DNA of 62,314 nt, filler included, from Globobulimina sp. (lineage: Eukaryota): assembly GCA_003354225.1 (NCBI GenBank). It is 15 parts of 15 records of this genome, joined end to end, with 100 filler letters (N's around TTAATTAATTAA, not from the genome) between each part and the next. Parts side by side here need not be neighbours in the genome. Positions count along the whole stretch, not along the records: positions 49,944 to 54,000 come from PIVH01001674.1; positions 54,101 to 58,157 come from PIVH01001675.1; positions 58,258 to 62,314 come from PIVH01001676.1; 12 more parts are not named here. One strand, written 5' to 3'. Of the stretch, positions 49,944 through 61,200 are shown in pieces; within the stretch, counting starts at the first letter, position 1, and every line of letters begins with the position of its first letter. The translations under genes were made by a program, and so were the position numbers. The notes beneath the pieces were generated by a model. The model was not told where the DNA came from. It ran no database searches and saw nothing but the letters and a program-made list of their open reading frames with translations.

Positions 49944-50336
49944 CCAAGCCCCAATAAACTAACTACTTCACTAAAGGCCATACTCTCGCCATTTTTAGAG
50001 ACACTGGCTTTAACAAACTCTTGGTTCTACACAGAAAGTGAGTATTACCACCAATCTTATTCGGTGGAAATTAGCATTACAATTAACAGTGGAGAGTTAC
50101 CTGTGAGTATAGTAATTTTAATATATTCATTTATTTCGCATATTAATCTACATTCATTGCAACGCGCAGAAGAAATACATAACTATGCAAATATATCAAT
50201 TGAACACGAAGAAGAATCATACAATTTATGGACAGAACTCGTTGAATCACGCGACCGCATTGAAGAATATTACATTGAATCAGAATATAACAACGCGTAC
50301 GACATTGAAGAGCCAGAATTTGGGTATTATTCATAA
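49944..50336 (+). CDS. Upstream ORF of second retroelement (no AUG; overlaps RT ORF)
   Basis: Open from the contig start to the TAA at 50336; acidic and Tyr-rich; homologous to 48936-49448. Confidence 0.55.
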   Translation, partial: PSPNKLTTSLKAILSPFLETLALTNSWFYTESEYYHQSYSVEISITINSGELPVSIVILIYSFISHINLHSLQRAEEIHNYANISIEHEEESYNLWTELVESRDRIEEYYIESEYNNAYDIEEPEFGYYS

Positions 50337-53300
50337 TAAAACCGTGGGTCAAGAAAATAGTACAACGCATATTCGCAACCAACTAAAAAGCAGCGACCAT
50401 CCAACGGCATCGTCAACAGCGGCAATAGCAGCAAATGTAAATAATGGCAATAGCGACAATCAACAATTAAGAGCAAAGAATGTCTGTTACCATACGCATA
50501 ATCGCATAGATAGCGACATCAACGGTAACGAGGCAAAGCGCAGCAAACCACCATTAAAAATACAAAACAATGCGCGTAATAATAATAATAAACAGTACCA
50601 ATGGGGCAAAGGGGGGGTGTTAGACAGTGGGGAGGCGGTAGGAAAGGAAGTAAACGGCGGCAAAGGGGTTGAGGCAGCAGCAAATTTAGAGATTTTTGAT
50701 TTATTAGACGGTAAAAGGGGCCGTGGAACGAAGAGAAAGAGAGAGGAAGAGAACGAGAATAATATTGGTACATTAAGCGAGGTTAAAGGCAAAGTGGTGC
50801 AGATTAGACACGACAGAAAGAGAAGAAAAATGATTGTAAGACAGGCTACAGAGTCTATTTCGGCGGATGATATTGCATTAAGTGACATAATTAGACAAAA
50901 TAAAGAAAAACAAAATAAAAATAATAATATAATAAATAATAGCAACCAAACAAACAAATTTCAGTGTGAGGTTTGCAAACGACGTTTTTCATTGTTTTTT
51001 TTGACGCAAATTCGAGAAAATGGGCAGTCAGCCACCGAGTTGATTTGCCAAATTTGTCGGTATAAAATTGCAGATAAAAATAGAGTAAATAACACCGGAG
51101 CAAATAATTCAGACATTGAGAAAAGTGCAGCAAATCAAAAAGTATCTGTGAATTGTTGCATTGAAAAATGCACAAATTATATACAAACGAATTTTAATAC
51201 GGCACAAATTAAATACTGTGACATTACGTGTATTACATGCAACGTTGACATCGATGGCAATGCACTGAATAAAATTAAATATGAATGGCAATGCCCGCGT
51301 ATTGAATGTAACAACGGTCCGTGGCTAACATTAAGCGGATTTATTAAACACTTTGAACGGTTGAAAATTAATCATAATTGTATACAACACCAAAATAACA
51401 CCGATATCTATGATACATTTCATATTAAACCTTGTAATGAGGAGACTTGTAAGCATTATACGAAGACGTTAAGTAATTTAAATTTTAAATACAAGAAATT
51501 AAACAAAGACGTAGGCGGATTTTGTGCAGGTTGTTCATTAGTAAATCGCTCAAATAATATAAAAAATGGAACGGGAGAATTGCAGAAATATAATTGCATT
51601 GACAATATTAATTTATTACGCACGAATGTGGCCGACAAGATACCCAATCAAATTTTGGATGATTACACTAATTTGTTGGCCGAATGGTACAAATTGATAT
51701 GTACAACAAACGATAATCGGATAATTGAATTATATGAAAAATTATTAAACTTGGCGCCTAAAATTATTTTGAACGAAAATAACCGAGGAAGCGGAGACAG
51801 CGAAGTAAAAAAACAGAATATTCATTTTATGCAGAAGAAAATCAAAGCATTTCGAGAATTAGATTTCGAGCAAATTATTAAAGCTGTGGCATATACGGAG
51901 TGTGAAATGGAAAAAGTAAAATTAGCAATGGCAAAATCAAAAAAAAAGTATAAAGCACTTACCAACGCGGAAAAAGACGAGAAAATAAAAAAAATGCGAC
52001 AAAAAAGGATAACAAAATATGCAAATCTCAACGATCTGAGTAAAGCATACAAACAAACTGAGTATGAGCCCGCAATGGAAATAACCGACCAAAAAAAGAA
52101 AAAATGGGACAGTAAATTTATTAAAATGAAAAACTATCAGAAAAAACTAAAATATATCAACGGCACTTATAAATATATAAAAGTTGACCCTGTGATTGCG
52201 GCCAAATTGGTAAATAAAATGAAAAAAGGCAGTACAGGCGGTCCGGACCAACAATCCGCTTTTCATCATCAACAATTAATTAATGCGAATAACGAGTTGT
52301 ATACTAAGTGGTTTTGCAAATATATTGAGAGGATTTGCAATAACAATTTAACGACTTTCCAGATTGTGAATATTATGACATCGAATGGTATACCGATTCC
52401 GAAGAAAGATCCATTGGATTTGAGGCCGTTGGTATTAAATAAGATAATTATAAGAATCGCAAATTCGTATTCAGTTTATTCGGAGATTGAGAGTGTGGCT
52501 GAAGTACAACTTACAAATCAATACGGTATGAACAAAAAAAATGCACTGAGTATTATTGTTCATTCAATGGACAAATTTATTGCTTATGCAACAAAAAAAA
52601 ATGACGATTATTTTGAGCAAAAGAAAGTGAACAATTTATGTGAAATAAATAAAAACGGCGATTATTTATCAAATGAATTAAATTTCAGAGATATTGAAAA
52701 TAAAAAAAAACAAATAAAAAACATATTAATTGATGAAAATTACACGTTTGGCGACGACGAACATATAAATAAAGAGATTTTAGATATGATTTATTGGCAA
52801 AACGATGATTTAAATAATATTAATGTTATAATGAAAGACGATATGTCGAACTTTTTTAATCGCATTTTACGCGAACCGTCGCTTAAAAATTTACAACAAA
52901 GATTACCAAATTTATATAATATCACGTACGTTAATTATAGTATGCTGACAAAAGTGATATTTAACGAGAAAATATTTGAAATGTCTGATGGTTTACACCA
53001 AGGAAACACCACAACGACCATTATAGTAATTGTTAATGAGAGAGATATTATGGAAATAGTCAAATCCATGGCAGCTGAGGCAAATTATACAAATGAACTA
53101 TTAATTGAGTTGAATTATATTGATGATGCAAACAAAGGCGATAAAATACGCAAATGTATATTAAATCATTTATTTAAGAAAAAAATTGGATTAAAATATG
53201 GCAACCAATTCAATAATAAAAAAACAGAAATCATTTTGACGCATAATAGAGATAAACTGAATATATCCACCAATCAATATTTTACAAATAACAAGTTTAA

Positions 53301-53952
53301 GATTTTAGAAAATGCAGAGTTTGAGATGTTAGGCGTGCAACGTGGGAGAGGTAAATATAATAATATGATGAGTAAGAAATTGGATAAAATGAATAAAAAA
53401 ATCGATATCATTAACAGCATTGACAGTGATTGGCATAAATACAAATTATTGAATTCGTGCGAGAAATTCGAGAATTTTAATTATTTCCTACGATGTAACG
53501 ATAAAATACCTGAAGTTAATCAAGACGGAGAATTTATAATTGATTTAAATAATAATTGGATAAATAAAGCAAATAAAATACATGAAAAAATAATAAAGTC
53601 CGCAATCAATATACCAATCGATGACGAAACAAAGCAAATTTTTTCAATTGGAAAGGGTTTTGGAGGTCTATGCATCCGCAATATTACAAACTTAATCGCG
53701 CCCGCATACATTTCTGGTATTCATAAAATTGTAAAGTCGCTATGGAATGAGTTAAACATTGAAGTATTATACAAAACAGGCGGTAAAATTAGAGATAATA
53801 TACAAAACGCTATTAATTGGAATAATTATAATACGACAAAGAAATATAATATTAAATTGGATGATGTTTTTCATAAATTAGACCTAGGTGGGTCGGGGAC
53901 CCTTAAACCCTTGAGAAGAAGGTGCGGCAGCGGGGCCGCCGCACAACCATAA
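50185..53952 (+). mobile_element. CRE-clade-like non-LTR retrotransposon ORF (Zn fingers + RT), 3' end replaced at ~53880
   Basis: GSTGGPD, GIPIPKK..DLRPL, NQYGM, DDMSNFFNRI.R, DGLHQG, YIDD, GLKYGNQFNNKKT, MLGV and FGGLCI. Confidence 0.88.
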
Positions 53953-54000
53953 TCCATGAAAAATGATAATAATCCATGAAAAATGAGAATAATCCATGAA
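53949..54000. repeat. 20-bp tandem repeat ATAATCCATGAAAAATGA(T/G)A
   Basis: About 2.6 copies running into the contig end. Confidence 0.85.
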
Positions 54001-54456
54001 NNNNNNNNNNNNNNNNNNNNNNNNNNNNNNNNNNNNNNNNNNNNTTAATTAATTAANNNNNNNNNNNNNNNNNNNNNNNNNNNNNNNNNNNNNNNNNNNN
54101 TAGGTGTAACTATTTTGTAACTATTTAGAACGCCCAGCCTCAACATTACGCAAATGCGGTAGTAACAGTTTTTTTGAGAAGACATGTTTGTGATTTTTAC
54201 TATGGTACTTTAAACATAGCGTCAAGCGAACAATGCTGTCAAATCACCGGAAATCAATGTATTCGAATTCACGGAGTATGTCAAACAAATAATATATCTC
54301 AAAAACAAATAATAAAATACAAACTATACAATAACCCCACCAGATGGACACCAATCAGTCGGTTGTGTACTAATCACAGCAAATAATCAATCTCATGACG
54401 ACACAGAACGAATCCGACACAATTCACATTCACTAACAACGTTTTACCAAACCGAC

Positions 54457-55848
54457 ATGTACCAAAAATATGAAAAAATATTTAATACGAAAGGAATCAA
54501 AATCATTCGTTTTCAACATCTTGAAAACCCGCCACCTGAAAATACCATATTGAAACAAATATATTTCTGTAAACAACCAGCAAACCACAGCAACAAATAT
54601 GTAATACAATTCCCGATATTGCTCACTTACAAAAACATATTGCAATTGCGGCAAACCAATTGTTGTGATCTTAAAATATGGATTCAATATTTTTACACCA
54701 AACAAGATAACAAATACACGATTTGTGACGGAGTATCGTTGAATAATTGGTACGATATAATCAACCTCAATCCACACAATATAATAATTCGGAATCAATG
54801 CAAATATTCTCATCACTTAATCGCCACTAAAATATATAACATAGTGTTTGGTTGTAAATTAGATCTGAAACAATATCCTTTTGTTTTAGCTCAAAAATGT
54901 ATGTATTATGATTTCAAATTAAAACAAGAGGATGACAGTGAGCCGTTATTTATAATATCAATCAAATTTGATCCAACCCATCATATACAATTAAGGCAAC
55001 AGAATCGAACAGTTTGTACTTTTATTAATGCGATAAATCGATTGCTTCGACACAATATAAATGAAAAAAACACTGCTGTTTATAAAGCGTATCAAATGAA
55101 TGAATATATTAATATAAAATCGGTTGGATATAATACATTGATGCTGGAAAATGAATGGTTCCAAAGTACAAATATGACAAATGATAATGGTCAAAGTACA
55201 AACAATGATCATACGGATTATAACAACGATGATATGAGTTTTGGACTGGAGCCAGGCGCAGTGAGTGCAGTGCAACAAAAACAACAGGAAACAGCACATA
55301 AATCTGTGTATGATGATGTTGAGTATTCGAGCGAATCTGAGAGTGATAGCGAACAAAAACATTTTAACACCAATCAAGTTCAGTTTTTTTTATTGAAAAT
55401 AATCTATAATATAAATTCTAAAATAATTTAGTCCGCGACTTGTGTAAAAAACGCGGGAAATGTAGATATTTGCACAGGATCCATTGATTGCAATCAAATG
55501 AAATATAAAAAAGTTGAAACCACAGAAGGTAATGACAATTTTTATTCAATTTCATTGCAAACCGGAAAGACAAAACAATTTATTGATAATTATAAATATG
55601 CTCAATACGTATTTACATTCGTGAGTTCGCCAACCAATCCTTGTATGTATGCTCTAATCACAAAATTTTATAATGGACAATATGAGATATTGGATTGTGA
55701 TGATGTTAAAAAATGGAAATATCCGCAAACACTAAACTTAGCGACATCAACCACAGACTTTGCAAAACAACGTACATTCCGTAAATCGACAAAAAAACAA
55801 ATGCAGCGACTCGTGGTTTATTACCAAAAAAAATGTAATCCACTTTAA
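54457..55848 (+). CDS. Hypothetical protein (probably two exons, intron ~55378-55431)
   Basis: 324- and 116-codon ORFs separated by a short AT-rich GT..AG segment; no recognisable domain. Confidence 0.4.
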
Positions 55849-56125
55849 TGTATCAAAACTATTTAGAATAACTTGTAATTTTATATATACGTTCATTACT
55901 AAAATCGTTTCGGCCATATACCGTTATTTTGATGCTCGGATTGAATCCAAGTATCAAAAAAAACGTTTGTGTACATGTTGTCATATTTTTTTTGTACCAG
56001 ATTAATTCGTAAAATACCAAAAAGATAAAAGATCCGCAAAGAAGACCTAGGATGTTTTATAAACGTGGGTATAAATGCAGTGCATTCTATAATATACAAC
56101 AATGACAAAGCAGTAATGACTGAAA

Positions 56126-58157
56126 CTAAAACGAAAAATGTGGCAAAGGTTGTTTAAGTCTGAGATTTTGTTGGTATTTACGTCTATGATTATATGCTTC
56201 CAATATAGTATCAGTCCGATTCTTTTCTATTCCAATGTTCTGACAAAGGTCATCGATTAATTCTGGTGATACAAATATTCCACATTCGATAAATTCAAAT
56301 ATACCATCTGTAATATGTTCATATATATATTTGTCTTTTGATGTTTGTGATAGCTCATAACATTCCAATTCTATATCTTTTAAATATAAATACGGTTTTA
56401 ATAAATCCGGGTCTGGGAAAAATATATTTAAATCTTTCATTTTCTTGATATACCGCCAAAAAATTGCATCAATTTGGCTCAAATTATATGTGGCTGATTC
56501 TATATTTGTTTGATTAATTAATGATTTATCAATTTTATATATCCCATCAAATACTTTACAAAATCCATTCATTTCCAATGAAATTGCAGTATTTTCATCA
56601 TCCGCGTCATGATAATGATGAATAATATTTTCAATTAAACACTCAAACTTTCTCAAATGGACCACAGTCAAAGAAAATAAACTGTCTTCATTCTCCTGCA
56701 ATGCATTTTTATTATATATCACCGACGAAATATATTCGAACATATTATTGGTTAAAAAATGAATGGCAATGTTTATGTTTGTGTGTTTATATGAATATGC
56801 TTTGAATATTTGATTTATTTCATAAGATATTTCATCAAAACTTTCAAAACATTGAATATAATGTAACCATACACATTTATTATTGATCACAATTGTTTTT
56901 TCATCAAATGGCAAATCATTGATCATTTCTAATAATTTTAGCGCAATTTCCTTATGTTTATGGTTTGCGCAAAATTGTAAGATAATTGAAAAAGTATTTT
57001 GTGACGGTTTAATGTTGAAATATTTCATTTCATTTATCTGATTCAACATATATTCAACGGAAATATTCGTATTACCGATATTATTTCCATGCGATAGCAA
57101 TGCATCAAAAGTGTCAATATTTGGTTGTAAATCGGCTGATAATAATTCATGAAATAAAGCAAGAGACTTTTCCGCGTTTCTGCCACCATCGAATGAGTTG
57201 CATTTAATAATTGCATTATAAATATCCGTATTCCACTCCTGTTTATTTATATCATTTGCAACCATCAAATCCAACACAGTTTCAACACCAATCTGGTCGC
57301 CATTATTGGCACAGGCTCGCAACACAAAATATAAACATTTAAATGTCGCTTTCTCTGAATATTGCGATAAGCGTTGAAATAAATGCAAAGCGGCATCACT
57401 TGATTTATTTGAAGTGAATTCCATAATTTGTTCAAATAATTGCGAGGATAATTTCTGTGTTTGTGTCAAATCCGCATTGTTATCCACCAACCAATCAAAT
57501 AACATTTGCAACGCATCCGTCAATCCAACAATATCGCTATGCGCCAGACAATAAATTATTAATTTTTCATAAATATCAATTTGCCAAATCGTTTTATATG
57601 GACTATCCAATAACAATTGCAACAAATTTTTAATTTGAAACCAATGCGATGTCTGTGAGATATTATTAATTCCGATATCAACCATTCGCAGAAAATAAGC
57701 AAAATTCATCACTTTTTGACCAGTGGGCGAACGCAACAATTTATCCATCATTACAAAGGCCAAATTTATATCAGTACAGTTATTCAAAAATTTATTGATA
57801 CTCTCTCGCAAAAATATTAAATGCTGTTTACTTTTATTAGTATTAATATTGGCCTTATTTCCTCGCGATTCAATGGCTGATAATAACGCTGTAACATCGC
57901 CTTTGTTTGCTAACGACTCGAATAATAATTCTTTTTTATTCCATAATTCAGGTAAAGCTTTCTCGTATATTTTATCTTCTACTTCTGGACAATCATAAAT
58001 TTTCAGAAATAATTCTGTATTTAACCGCGAAGCTTCTAATAATTTCATCAATTCATAGTCGTAACTTTCTTGTTTTTGCTGTTGCAATACAGTCAAACAA
58101 ATATTTTGCAATCGGTCTCTGACAATATGCGATGGCGAGGCGGACGCAGCTGAATGT
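56126..58157 (-). CDS. Pentatricopeptide-repeat-like protein, 5'-truncated
   Basis: PPR-like units NTDIYNAIIKC..LFHEL...LQPNIDTFDALL and MK.FNIKPSQNTFSIILQFCA. Confidence 0.75.
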
Positions 58158-58257
58158 NNNNNNNNNNNNNNNNNNNNNNNNNNNNNNNNNNNNNNNNNNN
58201 NTTAATTAATTAANNNNNNNNNNNNNNNNNNNNNNNNNNNNNNNNNNNNNNNNNNNN

Positions 58258-61200
58258 GGGGATGGTAATGCCGATGATGAATCCTATGATGATGCAGATG
58301 GGCGCATATCCGACACCATATGGGCAGCAACCACCAGGTTCGTTGTATAAAGAAAAGACTGCTTTTGATGAATTGCACCATGAAAATAATAATTATTTAA
58401 CAAATGCTGAGAATATACGGACACATTTAGAAGGGTTAAGCAAAGATTACCTATCATATCATCCGAGTAATAAAGATAATACACCGCCGAAGCAAAAGGA
58501 GTGGTTATTTCCAGAACATGCAGAGCCACATCAGGAGAAATTACAAGATACGATTAAGTTTTTAGATAAATACAAAAAATTGCATCCAGAACATTATGGT
58601 GGAAAAGCACGGTTTGCGGGATCTCCATCGATGGGGAAAGAATATTCACGGTTGGAGCAGCAACAGCAACTGCAACAAATGGGTGGCATGGGAATGGGCA
58701 AAGGAAATGGAATGAGTCCGTATATGAATATGAATCCGTATATGAATCAAAATATACGTTCATACCCTCAGCATTTTAGTCCAAATCCAACATATACTCA
58801 GCAAAATGGTAAATAATTATTCATTTTTTGTTCTGTTTTTGCTGTATTTTTAGGGGTGTTTTGTGTGATAAATACGTAATGTTGTTGTTTTAGGTGGAGG
58901 TGGTAATCATTATCATTTTCATATTTATGGCAAGAAAGGACAAGAGAAGGAGTTGAAGAATTTGGGCAAAGAGAAAGATGCCGAAATCAAAGCGCAAGAA
59001 AAGACTGCGCAGCAAGCTGCATATGCTGACTTAATGAATTTTTATTATGGCAATTATAATGATGACGACTATTATGAAGATGATGAATATTACGATGATG
59101 ATTATTATTACGACGATGATGCAGAATATTATGACGATGACGATGATGAAGCTCAATATGAGTATGATGACGATTATTATGATGATGATGAGGAGGAATA
59201 TGATGACGATGATGAAGAATATTATAATGGCAGGCGATTACTTGATAAATATTATGATGATTTAGATGATGATGAATATGATGATTTGTACGTGGATGAT
59301 GATTATGAGGATGAATATGAATATGAATACGAATACGAGTCTGCGGAGGAAGAGGAACAAGAAGAAGAAGAAGATGATGATAAATTAGAAGCAGGATACC
59401 ATTGGGACAATGACTATCAAACCGGCTTGATTGAGATGAGTGATTTTGGCGATATGCTGGGTTATTCCTTATGGAAGGCAGAGGCAATGAATTGGAAGAA
59501 TTTCGACGATATCTCATCACAAACGAACTCACTCGATAACATACAATACGGTGCATGGGATACATTCGGTGAGTATCAACATTATTTAAATACCATTAAT
59601 TATGACTGGGATGCAGATGATTTATGGGACATCAACGATTACAAACGCAATACAAAATGTTCCGCCGTTTTACCGGGATTATTTGCCAGGATATGTCTAC
59701 ATTTTGATGAGCAGAATAAAGACATTGCTGTACACTTTGACACCGCCTCAGTGGATGAAATAAATGATATCCTAAATTATAACGACAATGACTATGATGA
59801 TTATGACGACGGTCAAAGTCAAAGCAATTCGGCCAGATATTCTGACAAAGATATCACAGCCATTCAAAAGATGTTGCGAGCACAGTATGATATGAAATTG
59901 GATTGGAATAAAGACGACGATTGGAATGAGATTAAAACCGTTTATAACGATGCACAAAAATACTACGATACCTATAAAGACCCCAAACGAAGGCGAATGG
60001 GCGGATTTAAGCCAGATATTAAGCCCTTTCATAAGGGCAACTCGTACGGCGTGACCTTGGATATTGGCAAAGGACATAGACAGTCATTGGAAGTGGGCAT
60101 ACCTTTGCCGGTGGTGGATAAGTGCCGCAATATGTTCATTGCGTCGATTTGCGTCAATGGCAACTTGAATACCATGAAATTTGGCTTAAAAGTGAACATT
60201 GCGACTGGCAAATCGTTATTGCGCAGGGCGATGAGATTAAGCAAGTTGTTGTCCAAATATCAGGGTAAGTTTGCGGGAGTTATTGGTGCTTTTTTCAGTG
60301 AGTTGAAGAAAACAACAGGCAGTGGCACGGAGGAAGGAAAGCAAAAAGATGCGTATCATTTCGCCAAACGGGAAGTGGAGAATTTCTATAATTATGAGGA
60401 ATATTATGAGGATGATGCATTGTATGATTATTATGAAGAAGAGTCGAATATCGGTATGGATGCTGTGAATGAGATGGAATATGACGCGATGTCTGCGGAA
60501 TTTTATGCGGAATTCGGCTTGATGTCGTTTGACGAGTTTAATGCGGATAAATTATGGGATACTAAAGACGTGGTAGCGACGGGTGAACAGAGTAAAATTG
60601 TTAAGAAATGCAGGAAGACGTTGGGACTGAATTGGTGTTATTGTAAGTCTGCGAAGATTGGTATACCATTTGCTTGTTTTGGCAATGGGGATAATAATAA
60701 AGATATGTTAAACAAACAAGTGTCGCAAGCGAAGCAAATCATGTCTGCTGCGAATAATATTATTGCTGATGAGGAGGATGAGGAATATTATGATGAGGAG
60801 GAGGGTGATGATGACGCAGTGGATAATTATTACGCGGAGTTATATAATAATGTGTATGGCAGAGTACGTGCGCAGCAGTTAAAAGCCGCTGCGATGGGGG
60901 AACGGCGAAGGAGATTGCGGGACGATGGCATGTATTTTGATGAGTATTATCAGCATAAGCAACAGAGCAGAAATCGACGTGCAGCACATGAAGAATATGA
61001 TGATTATGGATATTATGAGTCTGATGATGATGATGAAGGAGAGGAGACAGTGCAAGATGAATGGATTGATGATTCGGATGGGTTATCGTGGAGTGTCTCT
61101 AATGAAGCCGTCACAGATTATGATACGAAATGGGATAATAACGAGATATGGGATGAGATCACACCGTCGGTAATGACGATACATGGCAATCTTATCACTC

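Noticed and set aside
49979-49997. CATACTCTCGCCATTTT resembling the U2 snRNA 5' end
   Set aside because: The downstream invariant U2 sequence (GCTAAGATCAAGTGTAGTATCTG) is absent, so it is not callable as an snRNA.
45784-54000. Apparent head-to-head pair of RT genes forming one bidirectional element
   Set aside because: A spacer at 49844-49943 separates them. They are different contigs placed together by length.
4065-58257. Regularly spaced TTAATTAATTAA palindromes every ~4.16 kb
   Set aside because: Artificial six-frame-stop linker inside N padding. The periodicity reflects size-sorted contigs, not biology or a CRISPR array.
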